This document shows positions 1 through 8,801 of a stretch of DNA of 48,000 nucleotides, piece by piece. The stretch lies in the NCBI RefSeq assembly GCF_048077055.1, contig NZ_CP182236.1, positions 7,450,594 through 7,498,593 of the forward strand. Direction: 5' to 3'. Source of the DNA: Egbenema sp. FJBBOT/2019. GTDB lineage: Bacteria > Cyanobacteriota > Cyanobacteriia > Elainellales > Elainellaceae. Numbering within the stretch: position 1 is the first letter of the stretch; every line of letters starts with the position of its first letter. A program made the position numbers and the translations under genes. Below the pieces are notes generated by a model, which saw only the letters and a program-made list of their open reading frames with translations, searched no databases and was not told the DNA's origin.

Positions 1-83
1 TTCCAATCTGCGGTTGACGATCGCCGTGTTCCTAAAATACTCCTGACTGTTTCCTAAGATATTCCTTGTGCTTTGTATTACAG

Positions 84-278
84 CTAACGTGCATAGGAAG
101 TACCCATGAAATTCAGCTTCATTCGCAGGAATGTTTGTTGCGGACGACGGAAGGAGTGAATGGGGAATCGCAAGCCTCGATAGGTGCCGATCGCCTCAAT
201 GTAGTTAGATTCACCATAGGTGGATTGGGCATAAGCTGGATCGACGTGGTAGGTTGCTCCGCGATATCTGAGTTGCAT
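84..278 (-). CDS. DUF4278-like small protein
   Basis: 64-aa ORF MQLRYRGATYHV...GTYRGLRF with repeated xYRG motifs typical of the cyanobacterial DUF4278 family. AGGAG lies 9 nt upstream of the ATG. Confidence 0.5.
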   Translation of the reverse strand: MQLRYRGATYHVDPAYAQSTYGESNYIEAIGTYRGLRFPIHSFRRPQQTFLRMKLNFMGTSYAR

Positions 279-584
279 AGTAGAAATCTCCTAAGTGAGA
301 TGAAGGGTTTTAGAGGATTATTGATGGAGGTTAAAAATTAAATTGGGTCATTGCGATCGGTCGAGCGTTCTCTGGCAAGAAAGATGCCTGCGCTACGGAT
401 TACCCGGTTATTTGCTGAACTTCCATACAGGGGTTAAAGGGCTTCTCTATAGAGGAATTCTGAACAAACTCTAAATCCAGGAAATTAATTTGTGTAGAGT
501 AGACGATCGCCCCATTGATTGAGGCGATCGACTTGTTTAATAGAACCTGCTTGAGCCTGGTTACATCATCCTAATTGCAGTTGG

Positions 585-1889
585 TTATGCACCAGGAACA
601 AATTGGAAGTCTTGCGTCAAGGTGACAGTTGTGTTGTCTGCTACGACTCCAACCAACATATTGGTTGGTTTGTGGAAGATAGCTATATCATTCAGCGAAC
701 CTCTCACACCTGCCGTATCAGCTAACCTCAGTAGATAGTCACTCGCTTGTCCTTGAACGGAAATCTTATCGCCTTGGGCGCGGCTAAAGTCTTCAATGAC
801 GGCGTATCCCTGATTATTTCGGTAGAAATCCTTGAGGTAGAAGGTGTCTGCCCCTGCACCACCGACCATCGTATCGACTCCACCACCCAAGCCGATAAGA
901 TGATCATTGCCATCACCACCCACCATCCGGTCTGACCCGGTGCCACCGATTAGCGTGTCGTTATACTTTCCGCCCAGCAAGGTGTCATTACCTGCCGCTC
1001 CATCCAGGTAGCTACCTGAGGTGGCATAGCCGTTATTCGCTATAAGCGTATTGTCGAAGCGGTTACCTACAGCACCAGTCGTTCCACCATGAAGTTGTAC
1101 TCTTTCAACAAATTGCAGATCATCGGACATTCGATAAGACTCATTCAGAGGTTGCCCGTTCTCAATCAAAAAGACCATGAGCGTATCGGTTCCTTCATTG
1201 GCATATTCAATGATTACTGGTGTGTTGTTGCTATGAATGTGGTAAGTATCATTGCCTGTTCCACCATACAAAGTGGTTCCAGCACCGCCGCTTAGAGTAT
1301 CGTTGCCTTCACCACCGTAGAACGTAGAGCCACTATCACTACCATATAACCAATCATCACCAGCATCTCCATAAATGGTATCTTTACCACCCCCTCCAAC
1401 AATCGTGTCATTTCCGCCGCCGCCCCGGAGTTCGTTGTCCCATCTGTTTCCCTCAATTCTGTTGGCTTGATTATTCCCAATTCCAACAATCCCAACCCCT
1501 TTAGTTGCATCATTCATCAGGGTCAAGTTTTCAACAAAATTAGGTAAAACGTATCGTCGAGCATGGGATTGTACCCAGTCAGTCCCCTCGCCATCGCGCT
1601 CAATGATTTGATCTTGTTCACTATCGACAACATAAGTATCATTTCCTTTGCCGCCAATCATGCGGTCATTACCAGTTCCCCCATCCAGGGAATCATCTCC
1701 ATCTAGTCCTACCAATGTGTCGTTGCCAGAGCCGCCGAGTAAGGTGTCGTTTTTTCCTCCCCCCGTTAGGCTGTCATTTCCAGCACCGCCATCAATGTGC
1801 CAGCTATCCCACCATTTGATGGGCCAAATTCCTGATTGTTCTGCTGTGATTGTGTCGTTGCCAGAGCCGCCACTTCTTCTCGTAACCAT
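585..1889 (-). CDS. RTX (hemolysin-type calcium-binding repeat) protein, paralogue 1
   Basis: 434 aa with many GGxGxDxUx nonapeptides (GGAGNDSLTGGGKNDTLLGGSGNDTLVGLDGDDSLDGGTGNDRMIGGKGND). AAGGAGAAACTTCA precedes the ATG. Paralogue of 25597..26895. Confidence 0.85.
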   Translation of the reverse strand: MVTRRSGGSGNDTITAEQSGIWPIKWWDSWHIDGGAGNDSLTGGGKNDTLLGGSGNDTLVGLDGDDSLDGGTGNDRMIGGKGNDTYVVDSEQDQIIERDGEGTDWVQSHARRYVLPNFVENLTLMNDATKGVGIVGIGNNQANRIEGNRWDNELRGGGGNDTIVGGGGKDTIYGDAGDDWLYGSDSGSTFYGGEGNDTLSGGAGTTLYGGTGNDTYHIHSNNTPVIIEYANEGTDTLMVFLIENGQPLNESYRMSDDLQFVERVQLHGGTTGAVGNRFDNTLIANNGYATSGSYLDGAAGNDTLLGGKYNDTLIGGTGSDRMVGGDGNDHLIGLGGGVDTMVGGAGADTFYLKDFYRNNQGYAVIEDFSRAQGDKISVQGQASDYLLRLADTAGVRGSLNDIAIFHKPTNMLVGVVADNTTVTLTQDFQFVPGA

Positions 1890-2188
1890 TGAAGTTTCTC
1901 CTTTAATTTCTTGTTTGAGTTGGGTGCAGTATTTTTTGTACTTGCGTTAGCGTTGGTGTATGCAGAGAAGTTATAGAAGATTAACCGAGTGCCTCAATCA
2001 GTATCGATTGCCTTCAGTAAGTTCGCTTTACATCCGTAGATTGAGTGTAATGGCGGTTAACTTTATCGGTCTAATACATACTTAATTGAATCAACAGTCG
2101 ATTAGAAAACTCGTTCATCAACTGATTTCGTTTGTTTTCCGCTGATTGGTTGTCTTCCATGTTTATAAGATACAAAGTCTACTCAGGT

Positions 2189-2266
2189 TTGTCTTTACAG
2201 GAAAGTATGGAGTGGAGTATGCAGTGAAATATCAGAAAAGTATGGTGAGATTTACCTAAAGTATGG
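2189..2266 (+). promoter_or_regulatory. Phased AGTATGG-box cassette, copy A (upstream of RTX-1)
   Basis: TGTCTTTACAGGAAAGTATGGAGTGGAGTATGC... with boxes starting at 2204, 2216 (AGTATGC), 2239 and 2260, spacing 12/23/21. The GTTC array to its left is degenerate in this copy. Confidence 0.6.
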
Positions 2267-2468
2267 TGATTTAACTGGTAGCGCAGGCATCTTGCCTGCA
2301 ACGGAGACTGAATTGAAAGCAAAAAAAACACCTACAAGTGAATCTTTAATCTTACAGAAAAACGAATTCCACAGAAAAACGATCGCCCAACCCTGTAAGC
2401 GATCGTCTATGTGCTGTTTGTTTTATGGGTGCCTGGTGGTGGGGACTCGCTGGTGGTGGGCAATGCCC

Positions 2469-2894
2469 CTACAGGGCAGGAATTACGCCGAGCTGCTGGA
2501 GTAGTCCCAGGGCATCCTCTTCGGTTCGTCCTTCCACAATTTTGCCGTCGCTCAGACGGTACATTTCAACGCCTGTGTAGGAGATGGCTCGTCCGGTGGG
2601 GGGTAAGTTAAGCAGGTGAATAAGCCCCTGATGGGTTCCTTTTGCAGCCCAGCAGATTACGACTTTGTCTGCTTCCGCGATCATCTCTGTAATCGTTAGT
2701 TGTAAATCAGGGAAACCAGCGTGAACATCTGTAATGAATGATTTGAAGCCTTCTCGATCGAGGGGTTGAGGAAAAATCGTGTAATGGATTTTGAAATCAG
2801 GACTGGTCAATTCATCGACAATCGCCAGATTGCCCTTACTCCAGGTTTCCTCAAAAAATAGCCGTGCGATTTCCTTGTTTCCTAGCATTAACAT
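2469..2894 (-). CDS. SnoaL-like / ester cyclase family protein
   Basis: 141 aa: NKEIARLFFEETWSKGNL..., GREGFKSFITDVHAGFPDL, GTHQG, PPTGRAISYTG and a LGLLQQLG tail match the SnoaL-like ester-cyclase pattern. Confidence 0.65.
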   Translation of the reverse strand: MLMLGNKEIARLFFEETWSKGNLAIVDELTSPDFKIHYTIFPQPLDREGFKSFITDVHAGFPDLQLTITEMIAEADKVVICWAAKGTHQGLIHLLNLPPTGRAISYTGVEMYRLSDGKIVEGRTEEDALGLLQQLGVIPAL

Positions 2895-2916
2895 AAGAAG
2901 GTTGCCTGATGACTAA

Positions 2917-3009
2917 TTGGTGGACTGGGCGGGCAAGATGCCCACCCCACAAGAGTTGTTTGCTGGTTCTGCTTGGTGGACTGGGCGGGCAAGATGCCCA
3001 CCCCACAAG
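2917..3009. repeat. Two direct copies of a 37-bp hairpin repeat (TTGGTGGACTGGGCGGGCAAGATGCCCACCCCACAAG)
   Basis: Identical copies at 2917-2953 and 2973-3009 between the HlyD stop and the SnoaL start. Each has a GGGCGGGCA/TGCCCACCC stem. The same family occurs at 41743-41828 and 46001-46034. Confidence 0.8.
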
Positions 3010-3029
3010 ATGCCCAGCCTACAAGAAGG

Positions 3030-4403
3030 TTAGCGAACTGAGAAGGCTTCACTGAGTTGTTTGGCGATCGGTTCCAGGATGAAGGAAAGTACCGATCGTT
3101 GGCGAATTACGATTTCCCCTGTGGCGGTCATGCCAGGTAGCAGACGGGTTTCAGTTTGTCCTACTGTGCGAATCGTTTGTTGATTCAGCTTGACTTTAAC
3201 CGGGAATACCAAGCCGAGGGATTCATCCATGACGGCATCGGCACTGATGCTGACGACTTCACCATCTACAGTGCCAAACTCCTGGAATGGGAACGTGGCA
3301 ATTTTCACTTTAACGCGCATTCCAGGCTCCACAAAGCCAATATCTCGATTCAGAATTCTTGCTTCTAAAATCATCTCTTCTCCTTCGGGCAACAACGAGA
3401 GGAGTTCTTCCCCTGATTGAACGGGCCCTACGGAGGCTTGCAGGTTGTAGATAGTGCCGCTAATGGGAGCTTGCAGGACATCCAGAGTTAATTGCTGACG
3501 GGCTGCTGCAATTTGTCCTTCTAAGGAAGCTAAATCCTGATGACGTTGATTTAAAGAGGCTAATACTTCACTTTGTCGTTCAGATCCTAATCGTTCAGCC
3601 ATGTTTAGCGTAGCCTGATAGGACTGTTCAGACTGTTGAATAATTTGAGCCTGGGCTTCAATTTCCCGTTCTAGTGAATTGACATTATTTTGTGCGGTGG
3701 TTAATTCATCCTGTATGCTCAAATAGGCGAATTGTGAAATGGCTCCATTTTCAGAAGAGGCTAATTCCCGCATTCTCGATTCTCGCTCGATCGCATTCCT
3801 GTGGATTAAACGCGCACTTACTAAGTTATCCTGTAAGCGGGCTAACTGAACTCTTGTTTCGTTGATCACAGCCCGTTGACGATTGGCTTCTGCGATCGCC
3901 CCTGCTTGCCGAGACTCAAAATCGCGTAGTCGAGCTGCCAAAAACTGATCTTGCAAAAAGACTCCGGTGCTATTGGTTCCAGTCCGTTCTGCTTCCAGTC
4001 GGGCAATATCTTCTCGAATCAGTTGAGCCGATTGTTCTAACCGATCGATTTCTGCCTGAGTAATGCTGGAATCTTTTTCCACCAGGACATCGCCTGCCTG
4101 TACCCGATCGCCATCTTTGACGTAAATTGACAGGATATTACCATTACCAATCGATCGAACCGGGCGCATTTGTTCCGATGGAGTCAATTTGCCGGAAGCC
4201 ACTGCCACCTCGTCAACTTTACTAAAGTAGGCCCAGGCTAAGGTTCCGACTAATAAAGTACTAATACCAATGCCCAGAATCCGGGTATAGAAGGGCGGCA
4301 ACTCTTTAACAGATTTACCTAACTCATAGGAAAGAAATTCTTGTTCTGTGACTAAATGCTGCCGAGTGTGACGAGCGTAGGGTGCGATGGGAGCTTGTTG
4401 CAT
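3030..4403 (-). CDS. HlyD-family type I secretion membrane fusion protein
   Basis: N-terminal TM helix (ILGIGISTLLVGTLAWAYF), long coiled-coil, then a C-terminal beta-barrel (GMRVKVKIATFP, LLPGMTATGEIV). I place the start at ATG 4403 (GAGG 8 nt upstream). The ORF-track extension to 4466 translates a heptamer repeat. Confidence 0.85.
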   Translation of the reverse strand: MQQAPIAPYARHTRQHLVTEQEFLSYELGKSVKELPPFYTRILGIGISTLLVGTLAWAYFSKVDEVAVASGKLTPSEQMRPVRSIGNGNILSIYVKDGDRVQAGDVLVEKDSSITQAEIDRLEQSAQLIREDIARLEAERTGTNSTGVFLQDQFLAARLRDFESRQAGAIAEANRQRAVINETRVQLARLQDNLVSARLIHRNAIERESRMRELASSENGAISQFAYLSIQDELTTAQNNVNSLEREIEAQAQIIQQSEQSYQATLNMAERLGSERQSEVLASLNQRHQDLASLEGQIAAARQQLTLDVLQAPISGTIYNLQASVGPVQSGEELLSLLPEGEEMILEARILNRDIGFVEPGMRVKVKIATFPFQEFGTVDGEVVSISADAVMDESLGLVFPVKVKLNQQTIRTVGQTETRLLPGMTATGEIVIRQRSVLSFILEPIAKQLSEAFSVR

Positions 4404-4420
4404 AGTAACCTCTGTGTTTG

Positions 4421-4448
4421 GGAGTGAGGAGTGAGGAGTGAGGAGTGA
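4421..4448. repeat. Heptamer tandem repeat (GGAGTGA)x4, STRR-like
   Basis: Four perfect tandem units, followed by the GGTGGGCA-A-TGCCCACC palindrome at 4458-4474, in the ABC/HlyD intergenic gap. The same heptamer array occurs at 45851-45885. Confidence 0.85.
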
Positions 4449-4486
4449 GAGAAGTAGGGTGGGCAATGCCCACCATTCACCAACCT

Positions 4487-7096
4487 TTAACCGATCGTTT
4501 GTTGCCGTTGGTAGAGTGACCAGTACAATCCTTGCTGTTCCATTAAAGTGGCATGATCGCCCTGTTCAACCAGTACGCCTTTATCTAAAACCAGGATCAA
4601 ATCGGCTCGTTTTAGCGGTTCAAAGCGGTGGGTAATCATGAAAACGGTGCGATCGGTTGCGGTGCGTTGGAGATTCGTTAATACGGTCTGCTCAGTTTCG
4701 CTATCTAATGCGCTGGTTGCTTCATCCAGAATCATGATCGGAGCCTGGGAGAGGAAGAATCGTGCTAACGCGATGCGCTGTCGTTGTCCGCCAGAGAGAG
4801 AGGTTCCCCGTTCTCCGACGTTGGTTTCGTAGCCTTGCGGCAGGTCAGTAATAAAGTTGTGGGCGGCAGCATTTTGGGCGGCGGTGATCACTGCTTCAGC
4901 CGTAATATCGGGATTGCCCAGGGTAATGTTTTCGAGTACTGAGCTGTTGAACAGAAAATCATCCTGCAACACCACTGAAATTTGTTGCCGCAGTGAACTT
5001 AAATCGGCTCCTTTCACCTCAAATCCATCGACTAAAATCCGTCCTGATTCCGGTTGATACAGTCCTTGCAGCAACTTAGACAGGGTGCTTTTACCCGAAC
5101 CACTGCGACCCACTACGCCCACCAGCATTCCCGGCTTGATGGTGAAGGAAACGCCGCGCAGGATGGGTTCCTGTGCTTCACGATAGCGGAAGAATACTTT
5201 CTCAAAACTGACTTCACCCTTGAGGGAGGGCAGGACTAAGCCCGTGCCGGGTTCTGCTTCCGGTGCGACGTTGAGAATATCACCGAGGCGATCGACCGAC
5301 AGCAGAACTTGCTGAAAACTTTGCCAGAGTTGCACCAGGCGTAGAATCGGACTGGTGACGCGGCTGGATAACATTTGGAACGCAACTAATTGACCGACGG
5401 TTAAATCACCCTTAATTGCCAGATGGGCACCGACTCCCAGAATTAGCAGGTAGGACAGACTGGTTAAAAAGTCGCCTAAGTGACTACTGATATTGGAGAT
5501 GGTTGAAGCGCGGAAGTCGGTGCGAACATAGCGGGCAAACAACCCTTCCCAGCGTTCACGGGTGGCGGGTTCCATCGTGTGGGCTTTGACGGCATGAATG
5601 CCTGTAATGGTTTCCACCAGAAATGATTGACTATCGGCATTCCGGTTAAAAGACTCATCCAGCCAGCGGCGCAAAACAGGTGTGGAGGTCAAAATCAATA
5701 GGGTGAACAGTGGAATCACGGCCAGAGCCACCCCCGTTAAGGTGACGTTGTAGTAGAGCATCAAAACCAGATACACCACCACAAAAATAGAGTCCAACAC
5801 GACGGTTAAGGCAGTCCCCGTCAGAAATTGCCGAATGTTTTCCATCTCCTGCACTCTGGCTACCGTATCCCCAACTCGACGCGCCTCAAAGTAGGCGAGG
5901 GGTAAGTGCATCAAATGGCGGAACACCTGGGCAGATAGGCTGAGATCGAGCCGTCGGGCGGTATGGGTGAAGGTGAACAGGCGCAGGATACCCAACAGAG
6001 CCTCAAAGACAGCAATGCTGAATAGGGCAATCAGCATTACATTCAGGGTGGAAACGCTGCCCTGTACCATCGCCTTATCAATAATCACCTGGGTTAATAC
6101 CGGAGTTCCTAATCCAAACAGTTGCAGGGTGAGGGAGGCGATCAGGACTTCGCCCAGCAATCGACGGTAGCGCAAAATGGCGGGGAGAAACCAGGAGAGG
6201 TTGAAGGTTTCCTGCTTCTGCATTGGCTCCACCTGCCAGAGCTGATGGTTCCAGGCGGCTTCAAAGTTGGCTTTGGGAATTCGCTGACAGGATTGCTGCG
6301 GGTCAAGGGGATGGGCAATGATCACCGTGTTTCCCTTGATGGCATACACCACGACCCAATGTTGTTCGTTCCAGTGCATCAAGGCTGGAAGATTGACCTG
6401 ATGCAGATCTGCCCAGGCGACGCGGATCGATCGCATCTGTAAGCCCAATTTTTCTGCGGCTTCTGTGACGTGCTTGGGGCGTTGCCCGCGTAACTGTCTC
6501 TGGACACGCTCCAGGTGAGTGGGCAGGTTCAGGTACTGCATCGCCATCGTCAGGCAAGCTGCCGCTGTATTCAAGCCTCCGACAAAGGGATAGTCTGAAA
6601 CCGCTTGAGTCACTGTGAGAGCCTGAGTTTGATAAGCCGATCGCACCTTCGTCCAAAACTGCTCCAGTTCCGTTGTCTGAAACGGTTCCCACAGTTCCCC
6701 GCTCCAGCAGGCGATGATGACTTCATTACTAGCGGCGATCGCCTTCACCTCGCCCAACAAGCCCAGCACCTCACCAAACCATTCACCTTTCGCCAGGGTT
6801 TTCAGAGAGGTTTGCGCTGCTGCTTCTCGTAAACGGACTTTCCCTTTCAAAACGTAGTAGAAGGCATTGGGCTGATTAGCATCCGTTGACCAAATTTTCT
6901 CGCCCATTTTGTATCGCACTACCTGCGCCTGATGATTCACAATCACCTGCTGTTGGGCAGTCAGTAGCGCAAAGGGCGGTTGTTCCCAATCAATGTCTTG
7001 GATAATCTCTGGAGTGGCGCGATCGAGGGTTGTTGTTGAACCAGTGGATGAGTCGGAGGGGGAAGCGGTTGGGTTGGGCATAATCTTGTGGCTCAT
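4487..7096 (-). CDS. Type I secretion ABC transporter with N-terminal cNMP-binding-like domain and degenerate C39-like peptidase domain
   Basis: 869 aa. CAP_ED-like beta-roll (GEKIW...YYVLKGKVRL...GEWFGE), C39-like block (NTAAACLTMAMQY ... HWVVV), six-TM ABC domain, Walker A GRSGSGKST, signature LSGGQRQR, Walker B ILDEATS. Confidence 0.9.
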   Translation of the reverse strand: MSHKIMPNPTASPSDSSTGSTTTLDRATPEIIQDIDWEQPPFALLTAQQQVIVNHQAQVVRYKMGEKIWSTDANQPNAFYYVLKGKVRLREAAAQTSLKTLAKGEWFGEVLGLLGEVKAIAASNEVIIACWSGELWEPFQTTELEQFWTKVRSAYQTQALTVTQAVSDYPFVGGLNTAAACLTMAMQYLNLPTHLERVQRQLRGQRPKHVTEAAEKLGLQMRSIRVAWADLHQVNLPALMHWNEQHWVVVYAIKGNTVIIAHPLDPQQSCQRIPKANFEAAWNHQLWQVEPMQKQETFNLSWFLPAILRYRRLLGEVLIASLTLQLFGLGTPVLTQVIIDKAMVQGSVSTLNVMLIALFSIAVFEALLGILRLFTFTHTARRLDLSLSAQVFRHLMHLPLAYFEARRVGDTVARVQEMENIRQFLTGTALTVVLDSIFVVVYLVLMLYYNVTLTGVALAVIPLFTLLILTSTPVLRRWLDESFNRNADSQSFLVETITGIHAVKAHTMEPATRERWEGLFARYVRTDFRASTISNISSHLGDFLTSLSYLLILGVGAHLAIKGDLTVGQLVAFQMLSSRVTSPILRLVQLWQSFQQVLLSVDRLGDILNVAPEAEPGTGLVLPSLKGEVSFEKVFFRYREAQEPILRGVSFTIKPGMLVGVVGRSGSGKSTLSKLLQGLYQPESGRILVDGFEVKGADLSSLRQQISVVLQDDFLFNSSVLENITLGNPDITAEAVITAAQNAAAHNFITDLPQGYETNVGERGTSLSGGQRQRIALARFFLSQAPIMILDEATSALDSETEQTVLTNLQRTATDRTVFMITHRFEPLKRADLILVLDKGVLVEQGDHATLMEQQGLYWSLYQRQQTIG

Positions 7097-7170
7097 GGTT
7101 GGGAGATAGGGTTTCGTATAGTCGTGTCTCAGATGGGGAGGTTATCCATGATTGAAGGTAGCGATCGAAG

Positions 7171-7345
7171 CGTTCTCAGAGCGTTCCGAAACCGTTCTGG
7201 GGTCGTTCGGTGATGGCTTGACCTCCACACTTCACACAATACAGAAGCTCTCCAGCCCTGTCTTTACAGGAAAGTATGGAGTGGAGTATGCAGCTCAATT
7301 GTGAGAAAAGTCAGAAAAGTATGGTGGGGATTGGCAAAAGTATGG
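7171..7345 (+). promoter_or_regulatory. Phased-repeat cassette, copy B (upstream of the ABC-HlyD operon)
   Basis: GTTC at 7172/7183/7194/7205 (exactly 11 bp apart). TGTCTTTACAGG, then AGTATGG boxes at 7273, 7285 (AGTATGC), 7318 and 7339, spacing 12/33/21. Confidence 0.65.
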
Positions 7346-7416
7346 AGAACGGCAACTGAGGTTGGAGCGATCGGTTGGAGCGGTTGGGGATATGCGGAAA
7401 AATAACGTACCCGGTG

Positions 7417-7438
7417 GGGGCGCACAACTGTGCGCCCC
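7417..7438 (-). terminator. GC-rich hairpin downstream of PPC-C2 gene A (candidate terminator)
   Basis: GGGGCGCACA/TGTGCGCCCC stem of 9-10 bp. On the minus strand a T5 run follows about 14 nt later (CGTTATTTTTCC), so it is not a textbook intrinsic terminator. Confidence 0.45.
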
Positions 7439-7491
7439 TATCCCCACGAACCTATTGGCAATTCAGCGGACGATGCACACTGCAAACGAGC

Positions 7492-8487
7492 TTAAACGTA
7501 TCGGGTAGAGATTTTGAAGGTAATCTCATTGCGATTGGAGTCGTTTCCTTCAGTCGTCTTGGATTCTCCCAGGTTGAATGCGGAGATCCGCAAATCATTA
7601 GAGGTAACACGACCGGATTGCAAGTCTACTCTGAAGTCCAAACCTCTTCCAGAACCGGAGTTAATATCTGCCTGGTCATCAAAGATCAAGTCCTTGTCCC
7701 AAACTTCAAGGGAGATATTGACTGGATTGCCGCCTGTGAGAGGAACGTCTCTAGTAAAACTCCAGTTTGGATTGTGAGAGAAAGCACCTATGGTTCCCAA
7801 ACCTCCCCACGCAGTTGGCCACTTAATTGGCTGAGTCTGGAATCGCGTTCCACCCATATTGACCTTGGCATACCAGTCAGGCCGCCCACCGTTGTCTAGT
7901 TCACCTGTGTCTTTAAGGTTCGTGACATCTAAAACAAGCTGTTTGCGAGACTCCCGTGCGGAAACACCTAAGCTGTAGTTAATTGTGTTGGTTGTGTTCG
8001 TGTTAGGACGAAAGACCGCAGCATAGTAGGTTCCGGCTTCCAGTCCGGCTCTTTGAAAATGAGTAGATGCCGTGCCCGGTAAAATGCTTGCTGCACCAAC
8101 CGATCGACCATCCGCACCCATTAGAGACACAATTACGGTTTCATTAGCTCGTGTATTTGTGTTGGTCAGCGACAAACTCACTGTATTCTTGCTATTGTTA
8201 ACAGTGAATGCGTACATATCCATCGCATCAAACGAGCTAACTGTACCGGTATAGGAGGCAGAGCCGTTATTGGTAAAGTCGCCAATGTGATTATTCCGTC
8301 GAGCTTCTTCAGCGGTGTTGTTGGCTTCCCGTTCTCGTCCGCTAAAGTTATAGGATGTGCTTGTACTTTGAGTGGAACGAATAGAAGTAGATGCTTCTAA
8401 AGCAGATCGATTGGCTGCTTGTAGCTGGTTAACATTGGTACTCAAGCGATTAACTGGATTGAGTCGGTTAACTTGAGAATTCGACAT
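7492..8487 (-). CDS. Secreted-type protein: conserved N-terminal leader-like segment, S/T-rich linker, PPC (pre-peptidase C-terminal) domain, C2-like C-terminal domain (paralogue A)
   Basis: 331 aa. PPC signature DMYAFTV...VSLSL...GTYYAAVFR...YSLGV. C-terminal PDWYAKVNMGGTRFQT...NPNWSF...ISLEVWDKDLIFDDQADIN resembles the C2 consensus. Close paralogue of 9953..10933. Confidence 0.75.
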   Translation of the reverse strand: MSNSQVNRLNPVNRLSTNVNQLQAANRSALEASTSIRSTQSTSTSYNFSGREREANNTAEEARRNNHIGDFTNNGSASYTGTVSSFDAMDMYAFTVNNSKNTVSLSLTNTNTRANETVIVSLMGADGRSVGAASILPGTASTHFQRAGLEAGTYYAAVFRPNTNTTNTINYSLGVSARESRKQLVLDVTNLKDTGELDNGGRPDWYAKVNMGGTRFQTQPIKWPTAWGGLGTIGAFSHNPNWSFTRDVPLTGGNPVNISLEVWDKDLIFDDQADINSGSGRGLDFRVDLQSGRVTSNDLRISAFNLGESKTTEGNDSNRNEITFKISTRYV

Positions 8488-8801
8488 TGAAGTTATCCTT
8501 TTTGAAGTTTAAGTATGGTTTATATTTGCTGAGTTTTGACGCAACCTGTCCCAGCCTTACTCCAGCGGTGACTGTCCAGAGAACTATGCAATTCAGTTTA
8601 GGAGAATGCTTTGGGATGATTGGTCACTAGTATCGATCGTCCACCTAGTCCTTCAGGGAAGATTCTGGCGGACAGTTCCCACCCTACTCAGAGTCTATCC
8701 GTAAACTTATGAGAGCTTTTGGCATCCAAGTTCCTGACGGAGTTCTCAGATAGGTGCTTAAAGCAGTTTCTTTGTAGGATAGGGAGTGTCCATCAGAATG
8801 A

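Noticed and set aside
4404-4466. N-terminal extension of HlyD ([21 protein letters not shown])
   Set aside because: It is encoded by the (GGAGTGA)n heptamer repeat and the adjacent palindrome. The internal ATG at 4403 has a GAGG SD and begins the conserved HlyD N-terminus.
7259-7290. NtcA site (GTA-N8-TAC) or RpaB HLR1 in CTGTCTTTACAGGAAAGTATGGAGTGGAGTATGC
   Set aside because: GTATGGAGTGGAGTA lacks the TAC half, and only one (G/T)TTACA half-site is present rather than the direct-repeat pair required for HLR1.
7278-7361. Small ORF inside the cassette (MEWSMQLNCEKSQKSMVGIGKSMENGN, with a similar peptide in copy C), considered as a possible double-glycine-type secreted peptide
   Set aside because: Copy A has a stop after 6 codons (MEWSMQ*). 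In copy D the 10-bp indel changes the frame, so AAAGTATGG is read as KVW rather than KSM. Conservation therefore follows the DNA motif and its phasing, not a peptide.
7375-7899. 174-aa plus-strand ORF, and its twin at 9614..10249, antisense to the PPC-C2 genes
   Set aside because: Both are mirror images of each other only because the underlying minus-strand genes are duplicated. They have no recognisable domains, and they overlap better-supported genes with clear PPC/C2 signatures and SD-ATG starts.
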